A stretch of DNA of 64,000 nucleotides from Octopus bimaculoides (Eukaryota), in NCBI RefSeq assembly GCF_001194135.2, contig NC_068985.1:87379502-87443501 (forward strand), written 5' to 3'. Under the pieces are notes generated by a model. That model searched no databases and was not told the origin of the DNA. It was given only the letters and a program-made list of their open reading frames with translations. The translations under genes were made by a program, and so were the position numbers. Positions 25,211 to 39,504 of this stretch are shown here, piece by piece. How positions within the stretch are numbered: position 1 is the stretch's first letter; each line of letters opens with the position of its first letter.

Positions 25211-26129
25211 TGATGATAACAACGAGAATAATGATGATTTAAAGATAATCACGTCATGGATTATCAGCATATTTTCGCAGATGATTGGTCCACACTGAAA
25301 TTCATGTTCTGTTCCTTTGTGTGATGCTGACATTTGTAACTTTTTGGTTTTCAGTTTTCATTTTTTTGCGTTCTTTACTGAATTCATAATTACCCAATGA
25401 GATCATGGACTATCGCTTTAAATATTAACGATTCCATTTAACGATCCAATGTCGAGGTCGATGAAAATGTTGGAATCCATGAAATCTGTGTATTTTGTAT
25501 AGGTTTATTAACAAATATTACAGCTAGAGCTAGCTGTGTGAGATGACAACCAAGAAAAACAGAGTTATTATTACAACTGTCCATTGGTAAAAGAATGAAG
25601 GAAAACATAAAACAAAGCAAAAATGTTATTGCTTATAAGGTTTTATTGCAATATTAAAGTCCGCTACGGGAATAAATAATTGCTCATAAAACAGTGATAT
25701 AACTAATAATACTGCTGTTGTTGCTCCTAATAATAATGATGACAGTGTTGACGGATTCTGCCGTCGAAGGCGACGTATGGGTGTCCAGCATTTGCCGAAC
25801 AACCTGCACAAATGGTTTGTTTTATAGTGGTCAAATGTATGTGCTGTGCATTAGCTCACTCCGTCCATTAGATGGGTGCTGCCTGAACACAGGGGGCACC
25901 GTTTCGAAGGGATCGCCGACTAACGTGAGATGAAGTGGTTTACTAAAGAGTACAACTCACCAAGGAACTGAAACCACGATCTCACGTGAGCAACACTCTA
26001 ACTACTAAGGTAATAATGACGTCGACGATGATGATGATAATTAGATTAGTATTTTTTTTATCACACAAGAGAGGATAAAGGCAATATCCACCTTGGTGTA
26101 TAACAAAATTGTGTATAGCAAAATTGCTC

Positions 26130-26530
26130 GTTTACATTGACCCCCAGTAATCAGTTGGTACTTATTATATTAGCACCGAAAGGATGAAATGCAAAGTTAA
26201 CTTCGGCCGAATTTGTACTCGGAGTGTAAAGACGGACAAAATATCGCTAAGCATTTTGCTCGGCGTGCTAATGACTTTGCCAAACTCGCCACCTTCGTAG
26301 CAGTAATAACATTCTTTTCTACTTTAGGCACAAGGCCCGAAATATTGGGGGAGGGGGGCAGTCGATTTGATCGACGCCAATACGCAACTGGTACTTAATT
26401 AGTCGACCCCGGAAGGATAAAAGGCAAAGTCGACATCGGCGGAATTTGAACTCAGATCGTAAAGACAAACGAAATAGCGGTAAGCAGGTCACCCGGCGTG
26501 TTTAACGACTCTGCCAGCTCGCCGCCTTCC
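26130..26530 (-). mobile_element. Two tandem SINE C copies
   Basis: GAATTTG(T/A)ACTC and GGCGTG..AAC..CT.GCCA.CTCGCC each occur twice. Confidence 0.8.
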
Positions 26531-27055
26531 CAGCAGTAAATAATATTACTTCCATTGTAAACTGCTTCAGTGAAGAACTTCTCTCATGAAAGAAGAACAG
26601 CATTTATCAGTAGGTATTGGCATGACGTCCCTAAATAAGTTAATATCATAAAAACAGGGGATAATTTCCTCTGTACACACTGGATTGGTACTAGCAGGAA
26701 ATAAAACAAAGTAATCTTGTAAAATATTAGATATTCTGTATTTGAAAGAAAGAAATCATGTATATTTCTGATATTTTTATCTGCCTGTTTCTTCTTATAT
26801 CTCAATAACAGAAAAGTTACTGTTTCTTTCAAAAACTTTTATAATCTTCCACAAAACATCAAGATTTCATGTGTTGTATAATAGAGTTGTAAGTCCTTCG
26901 TTAGATTGTTTTACTGCTTCAACATTTCGCTTTTCTGAACAGTAGATTTTTTTCCCCCTCTTTCCATGCATACAAATATCTTTCTTCTAGTTATAATCCC
27001 ATTTACTCCATTTCTCAACGTTTTCTTTTTTGCTTTCAGTTCCATATAAACAATG

Positions 27056-27104
<49 letters not shown>

Positions 27105-28166
27105 NNNNNNNNNNNNNNNNNNNNNNNNNNNNNNNNNNNNNNNNNNNNNNNNNNNNNNNNNNNNNNNNNNNNNNNNNNNNNNNNNTATATATATGCATGT
27201 ATTCTCCACATTTCGTTCTGCGAAAGAATAATACTTTCTATTCAATGTTTACAAGTCATTTATCATAGGGTTTGCATGAATAGTATAACTACATTTTTTG
27301 ATAGATCGTTAACTAAATAAATCAAATTTTGAAGAAAATGCTAACCTTTTATGCAATACTGACATAGTCTGGCGATTTAATAACATGTTTCAAAGCATGA
27401 TTCTTTCAATTTTTAAACATTTCTGTGTAAGATAAAGTTTTTTTTGTCTGCTTTCTTTTCTTTTCTTTTTTCTCTCTCTCTCTCTCTCTCTTTTTTTTTT
27501 TTGAGTAACAGCCGGTCATGTGTTAATCATATTTGGAATAGTAAGAAATCATATCAGTGCGATAAAATAAATTATGTATTTTGTATCTTTCTAACTTGTA
27601 AAGGTTATCTCATTCAGATATATGGATAGTGCCATCGTACTTTTGGACAATAAATATGCATTGGCAGATATTTGGTATAATCTTTGACATCTAATTCCAG
27701 ATAATTTTCTAATTTCCTTCATCACAGAGCTCATTATATTAACGAGGAAAAAATTCAGTGGCGTTTATTAAAACTATATGAAAAAATGTTCGACTAGATG
27801 TTTTATCTGTATCCATCATCATCCTCACCGCTGCCGCCGTCGTCGTCGTCATCGTCATCATCATCATCATCATCATTATGATCATTATCATCATCGTCTT
27901 TTGACAGTAAACTTTTCCGTGCTGCACTGAGGCAGATGTTGTATGGACGTATAGCTTTCCTGTTGTCACTATTCACCCGTTACCAAGTAAGGTAATATTT
28001 CCCCATGGTCAGGCAAGTTTTCGTAGAAGACTGAAAATAAGAGACTCCAGTTGTGTGACAGCCTGTCTCCATTATAACTATGCCATGATGTGAAGACAGG
28101 GAAAGGAAGTATACATGCACATACAAACTTGTAGATATACATATACACATAAAACGTACATACATG

Positions 28167-28218
<52 letters not shown>

Positions 28219-28744
28219 TATATGCATATACACATATGAGTGAGTGTACAAATAAAAGAGAGTAGCACTCAATACATTTGGTAAAAGGTACATATATTTA
28301 TAATAATAGTTTGACTCAGCTTCACATAGGTTGAAGTTTCGTGCATGAGTAGGAGGGACTCATCTCATCAGATGTTAGGAACAGAGTGGAGTTTTGAGAG
28401 AAAATCAAGATGGCTTTTAGATGCTTAGGTATCCATTGCTTGGCATGTATACTGATGCAGTATTAATGCATCAGGTTACGGCATAAAGGACTCAGCGACA
28501 TCATCTCTTTATACTGGTTGGTCAGCGACATCAGTTCTTCGTATTGTGTGCTGCACATAGAGAGATGCGATGTTGGTGCAAGTCAGAATCTCACTAATAG
28601 GCCAATGGGGTACAAGCATATTAGCGGCAGTAGTTTTTAATTGAAAGTAACAAAGTTTGACGATGTTGAGTTTAGATTGAGGTTGCACAGTCAACATGGA
28701 TGAGTTGTTTTCAATATGGGCAGCGGGGTTAAATACGCTAACTT

Positions 28745-28945
28745 AAAAGAGGACTTGTGGTTGTTAAAGCGGGTTCTGAAGAGGCCTTCAGTTGTTCCTA
28801 CACACTTTCGCACGTTTGGTTGCCCATTTGGCCCTATGGTTGTTACCTCTGCTTCATATAGGACGGTCTCCATGTTACAGTGGCCGTTCAATGGACATGT
28901 TGTGTTACCTCTACATGAGCATCCTGCTTCTGTCTCAGGTGTGGG
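28745..28945 (-). mobile_element. Penelope-like element fragment, GIY-YIG endonuclease
   Basis: Translates GCSCRGNTTCPLNGHCNMETVLYEAEVTT...RKCVGTTEGLFRTRFNNHKSSFK, matching the Penelope CxC..CPL..C + VIY/YIG-TE..F..R.NNH pattern. Confidence 0.8.
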
Positions 28946-30014
28946 CGTTCTTACTAAAATCGTTTTTACATTAGGTTCACAGCTAATACATATAAATGTA
29001 TATGTGTCTGTGTGCGCGTGCGTGTATGTGTGTGACTTTATGTATGCATAGTCTCAGTATAACTATATAATTAGGACGCTTACTTTCCAATCACATGGTT
29101 TCATGTTCAATCTAGCTGTGTGTAAGTTTATGCATGTGTTCACTATTATATATCTGGGCCACTGAAATATTTATGGGTGGATTTGTCAGGCAGAAATTGA
29201 AAAAAAGCTCGATGTGTTTGTGTGTATGCGCATGTGAGTACGTGTGTGAGTGAGTGTGTGTTTGTCTCTCCTTGTCTTGACATCGAGGGACAGTTGCGAA
29301 TAAGAGGAATTGTCATACCAATGGTGCCAATTATTTCCAAAATTCTGCAAAAAGAATTCTGGTCATGGTAAAATATTACCTTGCTTGGAAACACGAGAGG
29401 GTTGGCGATATGGAGGTCATCCGGCCATTGAAATTCTGGATTCATAAACCCTGACCGACCAATGAACTTGTGGAATATTAGGTGTTCAAACGACGATGAT
29501 GATCAAGATGATGTAGTCACGAGGTATTAAATTTTGCAGAGTGGATCAATGGATCAGTGGATTATATAAACCCAAACTACATGCTTTTAATATTTTACTT
29601 CATTGACACTAGATGGATGAAAAGAAAATACTAAAAAAAAAAAAAAACCCAAACAAGAAAATGTTTGAACATCACCATCTTACTTCATCTGATATGAATA
29701 TCGCTGACATCTCTATGTTGCAGTATTTCCTTCTGCTTTGCTAAGATGACACAGTTTTTCTTTCTGCTTCTTTACTGTTTTGTTTTTTGTTATCAATGGA
29801 CTTGTTAAAAAAGATTCCAATTTGCTGTCAACTTATAATTTGAAACCTATTTAAGCTAACACAGTGTGGAGTTTCACTTTGCAACTGACTTGAGATATTC
29901 CATATGTTTCTACTCTGTTTAGCTGTCACTCATTTCTTTTATATGTGTTAAAATATTCCTTATTAATATTCCAAGTCTATTTTTCTAGTCAGAAAGCGTA
30001 CTCTTGCAAAACCG

Positions 30015-30061
<47 letters not shown>

Positions 30062-30589
30062 GTATATATATGTGTGTGTATACATATATATATATATATA
30101 TGTATACATATATATACAAAGATATGTGTACATAAATATGTGAATAATACCTATAAAGTAAATATAAATATGCACATACATATATATATATGTGTGAATG
30201 TATATGTATATATATATAAATGCATGCGTCAGTATATATATATANNNNNNNNNNNNNNNNNNNNNNNNNNNNNNNNNNNNNNNNNNNNNNNNNNNNNNNN
30301 NNNNNNNNNNNNNNNNNNNNNNNNNNNNNNNNNNNNNGATTCAATACTTACATCTAAATATCTCCGTGAGTTTTATTTATTGCACGAACGACGATGTGTC
30401 AATGCATCATTATATAGGAATGAAATGTTAAAAGAAAATTTCTATAGAATAGCAGTGTGCATTTTTGAAGAAGTTCAATGTAGCTGAATACCACTACTTA
30501 GGAAATGATATATATTTCGATATATATGTATTTGTATGTATGTGTTTGTATAAATATACATATATACAAGCAGGCATAGAGACACACGC

Positions 30590-30645
<56 letters not shown>

Positions 30646-31141
30646 ACACACACACGCATAATACATATATCGCGTATGTATATCTACATACACTATATGT
30701 ATTTATATGCCGATATAAAATTTTATAAAACAAGAAGATGGAATGAACAAACTTTAATCACAGATCACAACAATTGTTTCTGTGCATAGATAACGGCTGT
30801 TGAGTCTTCAATAACATACTATCATATAGATATTATATTAATAGATATGGTTAAGCAGTAGGTGTGTACCAGTACGTTAAGACGTCAGTGGCTTTAAGAG
30901 CATATATTTAACTATATATGTATGTGTATCTGTGTGTGTGTTTGTGTGTGCTTGTGTCTGTATGAATATATCATTTAATGGACATACTAGATTCTCGTGA
31001 TTTCACTTTTACCAGCATTCTGATTGGCCTTTTGAATAGACTATATGCTCAGAGTCCCCATATTGCTTGGGGACACAAGGCGTCCTATAAAGACCTATCC
31101 AGATCTGCGTCTCCAAAACAAGAAATTATTAGTAGCTCGTA

Positions 31142-31245
<104 letters not shown>

Positions 31246-31621
31246 NNNNNNNNNNNNNNNNNNNNNNNNNNNNNNNNNNNNNNNNNNNNNNNNNNNNNNN
31301 NNNNNNNNNNNNNNNNNNNNNNNNNNNNNNNNNNNNNNNNNNNNNNNNNNNNNNNNNNNNNNNNNNNNNNNNNNNNNNNNNNNNNNNNNNNNNNNNNNNN
31401 NNNNNNNNNNNNNNNNNNNNNNNNNNNNNNNNNNNNNNNNNNNNNNNNNNNNNNNNNNNNNNNNNNNNNNNNNNNNNNNNNNNNNNNNNNNNNNNNNNNN
31501 NNNNNNNNNNNNNNNNNNNNNNNNNNNNNNNNNNNNNNNNNNNNNNNNNNNNNNNNNNNNNNNNNNNNNNNNNNNNNNNNNNNNNNNNNNNNNNNNNNNN
31601 NNNNNNNNNNNNNNNNNNNNN

Positions 31622-31655
<34 letters not shown>

Positions 31656-32089
31656 TGCACACGCACGCACGCACACACACACACACACACACACAAATTT
31701 AAATAGTTATATACATACACATGTATTCATAAAACTATATTTATGTAAACACACGCAGACGCATACATATACCAATGCAGTATGAGTGGTGTTGAGTATC
31801 ATTATTGGTATAAGTGTTATTATTCCTCATCCTTCTTCCACCTCTCTCTTTCTGACACACGTTCTTTGAGACTCAGTTCCACTTCCCAACAATGGGTCTC
31901 CTACAACAAACCATATGCACTACCCTGTCGTTAAGTGGCTGAAACGTGGTAGGCCCTCAAATCATTGGGAAATACTGGGAGGGAAGAATTACGAGTCACG
32001 TGACTACTGATTGCAATGCTTTCTAGCCTAGCATGCATATAAGAAGACATTTTGTGAGGCGAATATTAGTAATTTCTTCGAACCTCGTA

Positions 32090-32320
32090 TGTCACTGGTA
32101 CTTTTATCAACTCTAGAAGAAAAAAAACTAGAAGGAAGTTGACTTCAGTTGAATTTGAACTCAGCAGATATAGTTAAGTTTCTGACTCAAGTACAAGGCG
32201 ACACAGTTTGAGAAAGAAAGGTGTTGTAGATTACATCATCCCCAATAGTTCACTGGTACTTTATGGCAGTTTATTTTGTTGGAAACAAGAATAATGAAAA
32301 TCAAAGCTGACACAACAATT
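32090..32320 (-). mobile_element. Degenerate SINE C copies
   Basis: ACTGGTACTT..ATC..C and GAATTTGAACTCAG motifs. Confidence 0.55.
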
Positions 32321-34479
32321 CAGAAACATGAAGGAATATATCGAAACAGCACAATGAATTCCATCAACTGCTCCACTGCTTCTGCTAACCAATACTGACT
32401 ATAATAAAATGTTCTATACATCCATTGATTAACAAACTAATAAAATCTTGCGATAATTCCACCATAGTCATGTTTTCAATAGTTATCGTGGATTCCTTCA
32501 TAGATGAGTAACTATCCACCTGGTATTCAATGTCGAAGTGTGATCAGATTAATGAAGCATGTTCTTCGGTAATTATCACTCACAGAGTTTCTAATAAGAA
32601 TTACGGCCCCAGAACAACTGGTAACGCATTGTCAGATGATTGCAAAGACGGCTTCATTAAACCTATAGAAATACTTGATTTTTCTAGTGCACGTTAATGA
32701 AACACCTATTAGATTACGAATAGGAGAAAGAGTCTCTACATGGCTTCACAGTTCGCTAGAAATAACAGTTAAAACTTCCTTGAACTACATCCTGTCTATG
32801 AGTAAAGAAATTATATGTGGCATAATAATATAATTCTAGATATGTCATGCCACGATATAAGATCATAACATTTTAATGAAATTGTAGATGTCATGGCTGT
32901 GACATGCGGCGGCATGTAAAGACAGTTTCAGACCTGGTGGAACCCAATCCGTTCCTGATCTGACCACAATCAATTTCTTCTGAATAGGCGAAAGAAAGAA
33001 AATACAAAGAAGGTGAATAAGAGCTGATTCCATTATAGGACTGGTACTTTGTTTACCCCGAAAGTAGTAGAGCAGAGAGCTGGAGTGATTCATACAAAGT
33101 AATCTATCCAATGCGCTGACGACGCTTCCAATTGGCCACCTATTATTCTAATATGTATTCTATGTTAAATACAAAGGTGATTGTCGAGGCTAGAATACCT
33201 TTCCTCCTCGGTCTGCTCTATCAGTGTTGATCTCAGATTAATCATCAACAATAGCAACAATTACAAATGATGGAACTGTGAGGTTGCTCAATCTCCAAGA
33301 GATAGTATCCAAATTTTCGTGTGTTAGCTTTTTACATCCTAAAAACAAATAAGGAACATTGGACAACGTATTCTTAAGTAGAAAACTCATTTTAACGGCA
33401 GGATGGTCATAGGTAGAATGACTTTGATAATGAGTTTATTCAGTGAGGACAAAGCTGTAGGTAATCAATAAAAAAACAACAGTAGCGTAGGTTAACAGAA
33501 CGATGTTAATTCGCTATGAGCCACAAAAGTAGTGTCAGTTTAAAATAGCAACATGTGTATTATATTGAAAGTAGATACATGTTTAAAAGCTTAATTAGCT
33601 GTGGTATTTCATCCTCATATAGCATCTCTAATAGACGTTCACAGTATCAAAAACACAGAAACGCTGCTATAACATACGAAAATCGTCCCGCAGCGGTGGT
33701 GGCTAAATGCTATTACGTACTACTTCTTATGACATGCAGAGATATAGCGCACTTACTCTCAAATCCAGGAGTCATCAGTGACCGACGGTTTGTCTGTGCA
33801 CACGTTCACACCAGCTTTATAGAAACCAGTGTTGTTTATACTGTTTCTTATTGTGTTCTGTAACATAGCAGTCTGACGTTAGAGGACGATAAAATATGCA
33901 CCAGACTGAAATAAATATTGGAGCCAATATGGTAAGTCAGCACCTTTGAAGGCACTGCCCATACCATGGCCACAGTCCAGTGATAGAAATCAGTAAAAGA
34001 ATAAAGAGAATCGCCAGGTTGTATCTATGAGTTTAAAAGCAGTAAAAACATTTTTATTTGGTTAAGATAGCGAGGAAGCAATTTTTATGACTGCTACATT
34101 TATATATGTGTTATGTTGTGAGAAATACTGCTTCGGTCCATAAAAAAGAAAAAAAAAATATGTAGAAAGCATTAAAGGCAAAGAAACTCTATCTTGGAAA
34201 TAGTTATATTTTCTTCTCAGCTATTGAAAATCAAATAAAACTTGCTACACTCGGTTCGGTTGCAGAATAGATGCAGTTGCATATGAGTATGTCGTAATTT
34301 TACAGACGCCTGCTGGTGTCTCTGTTGCTGCATCACTTTACTTTGAAGAGACATGAGAAAGCATCTTAAGTATGTTTTTAATGTTTATTTTTTGCTTTTA
34401 TTTTGTTTTTTTTTAGGACAGCAAGGTTTTAAAAAGGCTCACAACTTTTACCGTTATCTTTCAGTATTTACGTGCTTCA

Positions 34480-34680
34480 GTCATTATACTGCGGCCATGC
34501 AGGGGCACCACCTTGAAGAATCTTTAGTCAAATGAATCGACTCCAATGCTTATCGATTAAAGTCTGAAGGACTTGTTCTTTCGATGTCTTTCGCTGAACC
34601 GCTAAGTTACGGAGGCGTAAAGACACCAATACTAGTTGTAAAGCGGTAGTTGGGGACAAACACAAACACAAGCACATGCG
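34480..34680 (-). mobile_element. SINE B tail
   Basis: GCTGAACCGCTAAGTTACGGAGGCGTAAAGACACCA matches 24123-24157. Confidence 0.75.
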
Positions 34681-34699
34681 CGTACGTGTGCCCCACCAC

Positions 34700-35050
34700 T
34701 TTTTATGTATTACCACCTATCAGATCCTTCTCCTGCCTCACTCACTCCAATTTTCCTTAGATTCTCTCAGACTGAGAATCATCATCGTTCACACCCCCAC
34801 CCACGTCCACCATTCTTTACTCTCAGTTCTGTCCCTATCTCTACTCACATTCCTTTAAACTCTTGTAAACCTATCTCCCACCCAGCCATTCTTTATTCTT
34901 TCTCCATCTACATTCTTGTACCTTGACATCATCCCCACCATTCTTTCTTCCTTTTCCACTGGCGCAACTATGTATCTTCTCTACAACGAGAAACCCGTTC
35001 CTGCCCCACTTTTCTACTTTAGCTCCTTTACACTCGGTACGAAACCACCT
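34700..35050 (-). mobile_element. Possible degenerate LINE 3' fragment
   Basis: Purine-rich minus strand with weak resemblance to the RGRPR..W...V...L...G.......DR..W RT C-terminus. Many disruptions. Confidence 0.25.
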
Positions 35051-35549
35051 TCCTCAATATTGCGCCCGAAATCTGTCAACGGGTCTTGTATTGTGAGTTG
35101 GAAATGGTGTTTCGCGTTAAGAAGGACATTTCCCTTGCTTCAATTATTAACCGGCAAAGCTTTATAAAGTGACTCAAAAGCTAAGCTATTCAATACGTGA
35201 TTCTTATCAACTTAATGACTCTTTCATGACTCTACATCGACAACAAAAACGGAGACCTGTCTTATGTTTCAGCATGTTTGATATTGTTGTTGCTGTTGTT
35301 GCATGGTTCACAAATCAGGCTCAGTCGAGTAGACAAATGACAAGAAACTGAATCAGAAGGATCACATTTTCAATTATTCAACTGTCATGTACTTAGGACA
35401 CCCACACCATAATAAGTCTTTCTTCTTTGAAGACATTAAGGTGTGTGATTAGTTGGAGAACTGACTACTTCGCATAGAATCTCGAGCAATCGCTTAAATG
35501 TTTCGTTATCATAGTTCTGTAGAAATACGCTGCTTTTGTTCAAATAAAT

Positions 35550-36260
35550 TTTGAATATATTGACGTATTTAGTAAAATTACTGTGTCATTATTAACGTGG
35601 TGTCTGGAACATTAATTACCATGAAATTTCCATGTAAGGTTTTTAATTTGGATGACCCCTAACACTTTTGTTGGCATATTTCTTTTGAAATACATTGTCT
35701 TTGTTTCAATTAATTTTTAAGATAATGAACATTTAGTTAAATAACTCACTCATTATTAAGCTGGTGTTTGCAATACAAATTAGCATAGAATTTTGATGGA
35801 AGGTTTTAATTTAGATAATTTTGTCAACTTTTGTTACCACAATTCTGCTGAAATACAATGCTTTTGTCGCAATTAATTTTAAAAATACTCGAAAATTTAG
35901 TAAAATCACTTTGTCAATACTACGCTAATGTTTGGAACTTAGCATGAAATTGTGATGGAAAATTTTAATTTAGATCGCTTTAACTATCTTATTACCATGC
36001 TTATGTTAAAATATCTTGCTATTTCAGTCAATTTTGATAATAACGGTGTATATGATGTTTTACTGTTTATATCAGCTGGACTGGTGTCTCCACGTTGATG
36101 AGGACTCCTATCTGATTAATTCAAGCAGTGTACATCATATAAATTTCGCATCTCAGAAAAAATGTAGGACGTATCTAGTAAAATATTTTGTAATCGTTTA
36201 TCTGGTGTTTGGAACCTAAAACTTTGCTCGGAAGGCTTAAATTTAGATCATGTTAGATCA
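35550..36260 (-). repeat. Interspersed repeat with internal ~160-bp tandem units
   Basis: TGGTGTTTGGAAC...TTTAATTTAGAT units recur at ~35640, 35805, 35965, 36240. A reverse-complement relative lies at 59310-59670. Confidence 0.7.
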
Positions 36261-37259
36261 TAATATGTCTATCACAGAAAGTAAGGCAGTCGCGAGCCGG
36301 TTGGTACCAAAAGGTTCAAATATTCCCTCTTCGGTTTAGGACTTGTAGAAGCATATGCAAGCAACTTCATTTTTTCACAGAGAGAGAGAACGAATACCTT
36401 GGCGATGATTTGAATAACATTATCGTTTTAATAATCACTTTTTTTACAATGAAGATTAATAACAGACCATGCTTTCTTTTCCGTTGCTTCTGTCGGTTGT
36501 GAATAACTTCATTTGACATAACCCCAAGAGGGTCTTGTTTGATACAGAAGCTTATGTCTAACTCACGTTTCCAAAGATGTTTTTCTTTGGAATTGCCACC
36601 TGGAAGCACATTACAAACGAATTCTTTTAAGTCTTTCAGTCATGATTTCTGTAAATGGTGAGTAAGTGCCTTTGATAAATTCACTCTCATAAAGATAAGC
36701 TCATCTCACCACCAAGGTACCGTAGTATCAGGTGTGGTGAGATATCACGCAGTGAGCTAATTCAGACAAACGTCTATCTTCTGTGCCTTCTTATCATTTG
36801 CTACAACTTGACTTTCTTTAAATGAACGTCCCATCGAGGGATCTTTAGGTTACTCTAGTTTTCTTCTTCAACTTGTCACACATTTCTGATGTCACCGATC
36901 TCTGCCTTATGTTGAGTGGTCCAGTTTTATGCTAAGTATAGAGTGTATATGACTTATTTGCCTTTACCAACTATACACATCTATACCAGCCATATACGTT
37001 TTCTTGTTGTCACGGAACTTAGATTTTACACATTTCGTACATAAAATATTTAATAATAATTTAATATGTAAATTAGTGTTATCGCTTCAACTAAGAAGTA
37101 AATTGTGATGGCATTAATAACAATCGCTATGAATATGTATTTGTAGATCTGATTATTCACAGGGTTAATAAACACACGCACGCACACACATGTATGTATG
37201 TATATTACTATATATATATAGGTGTGTGTGTGTGTGTGTGTATGTGTGTGTATATGTGT

Positions 37260-37510
37260 GTGTATGAAAGTGCGTTGTCTGGACCAAGAGGCGCGTTGTG
37301 CTCTTGAGCAAAACATATCATTTCCCGTTGCTGCCGGCTACTCAGCTGTACATTGGTCACCCATCGACGAGCTAACCTTCCGATCAAAGGGAATGTTGGC
37401 CTGCTTCCCCAGTAGCGGCATGGCATCATTTGAAAGCCAAAACAATCAAGACGCGTTGTAACCAGCGATGTGTGACATCCGATGGTCTGATCGATCACGT
37501 GACGTAATCA
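37260..37510 (+). mobile_element. SINE with CORE-like segment
   Basis: GTGCTCTTGAGCAAAACATATCATTTCCCGTTGC...CTCAGCTG resembles the reverse complement of 54420-54480. Confidence 0.55.
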
Positions 37511-38590
37511 CCTTATATATTATATTATATCATATTATGTTCCATTTTCTAAATTTCTCTTGCAAGGTATTGCTCCACCAGTACGCATGACAGAAGATGC
37601 TAAACCAATGTATCATACTGCTTGACTGAACTCACATTCAAATGAAGCGAGCTTGCTTGCCAGAGAGTCGTGTCTGCGCCCCCTTTTTTTTTCTTGACGT
37701 AGTACATAAATGGCTGCTGTGTTACCATCAGAACGAATGTGGCTGTCCTTCTCACAGCAATGATATTTTACACAGCACTCAATTTACATCATTATTTACT
37801 CAATAGGGAATGGGTTCAAACAAACATCTGACGCTCTAGAATGAGGACATGTATATGTGCCTCGGTGTCTATGTGAGTGTGTGAGTGTTTACGTGGCACT
37901 GTGTGCGCATATATATGATTCTGTGTGTGTGTAAAACGGCTGGACTATAAAAATGAGTAACAAACAAGATAATAAATAACATAAAACCAAATTATAAAAC
38001 AGAAAAAAAGACATGAAATCATTTTTGACTGATTTCTAATTAAAAACAGCTTCGTTTCAAAGGTTTTTAATTGAATTTTTGAAAAAACAAAAAAAAAAAA
38101 CACTTCAATTACACCAGTTCTATTGTTGTTTGGCTGTCTTCTTTTTTTACCCATGATGCAATAGTTATTGGTTTCCACTCGGCTTTGATTATTAGCCTGT
38201 ATATTTGATTAGTGATTTGCGAACCAAGTGACCAAAGTGTTTTAACATGTCGCGGCAAAGATAAAAAGATAATTGAGTGTTTGGAGTTTACCAGTTTAAG
38301 AGCAGGTGGATGTTTATTCATAGGAGAAAAGCTGTTGAGAAAATTACCATTAGAAATGCATGTCGCTGTCTGTTAGAACCGTGATAAAGAGGGATGGAGT
38401 GCAGAAGTACCATATTCTCTACATGTCATCCATTTTGTTCTCGAAAATCTTCTTTCCAAAGTAATTTCAAAATTCTTCAAAAGCCTAGGATTTTATTTCC
38501 AACAGTTAAAAACAAACAAACAAACATAAAAAGAAAGAAAAAAGAAAACAACAGCAAAAAACTGTAATGATAAAATAAAACCTGGATAGA

Positions 38591-38807
38591 AACGTGCAGG
38601 AAGCCTTATAAGTCTCGTTTAGTTAATTCTCACCTGGTAAATCACGTGAACATATATACGCTGTCATGTAATTCACGTGCCCCCATATATGGTGTTGTAA
38701 ACTTAGCGGCAAATAATTTTCGAAGCTAACAATCGGTGCCTTGTTCTACTGAAACGTGCTCCCCAGTCACGTGCATTATTGTATACTAATGTGTTATGAG
38801 TCATATG
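38591..38807. promoter_or_regulatory. Putative enhancer: clustered E-boxes, CArG box and AP-1 site
   Basis: CACGTG at 38643, 38674, 38768; AACGTG at 38591, 38753; CCATATATGG at 38683-38692; TGAGTCA at 38797-38803. Confidence 0.4.
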
Positions 38808-38864
38808 ATGGATAGCTTTGAAAATATGCTTTTGGCATCAAGATAATGCTTGTGGCATTATCTT

Positions 38865-39095
38865 TCATCTGTTGCTTGGTTCAGTCACTGGACTTCGACC
38901 ATGCTGAAGCACCGCCTTGAAGGGGTTTCAGTGCGTCGTACATATTCGATGTGCTTCTTTTAGTTTCCGTCTACCAGATCCACTCACAAGGCTCTCGTCG
39001 GCTTGGGACTACAGTAGAAGGTGTCATGCAATGGGACTCAATCCGGAACCATGTGGCTGGGAAGAAAACTTCTCACCTCACGGCCGTACCTGCGC
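38865..39095 (-). mobile_element. SINE B (internally deleted)
   Basis: TTTCCGTCTACCAGATCCACTCACAAGGC...GGGACTCAATCCGGAACCATGTGG. Confidence 0.75.
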
Positions 39096-39504
39096 CTATA
39101 AGCATATATACAATAATCATAAGGTAATTTGTATCGAATGTTTTGGAGCTTATGCAATGGATTTGTTTTTTGAGAAGAAAAATATTTGTCATTTTAAACA
39201 AAACAATAATGTAGTCATTGTAAATATGTATGTGTAAACATTGTAAATATCTATGTATAAACATTACTACTATTTAAAACACAAATAAAATATTATTTTA
39301 AGGATGGTGACATGGAATTGCACCACCACCACCACCACCACCACCACCAGCAGCAGCAGTAATACTATCATCTGCACAATTATCGCATTTGTTATAGAAA
39401 TCTGATAGTTTTCATTTTGAAATTGTAGCATTTATTTTGTGTTGTATTTTCGTCGCTTGAACAATTGTTACCCGTAATGTAGTAACCTCACGAATATTAT
39501 TTAC

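Noticed and set aside
37570-37628. Possible terminal exon GIAPPVRMTEDAKPMYHTA*
   Set aside because: Too short to distinguish from chance, with no linked upstream exon.
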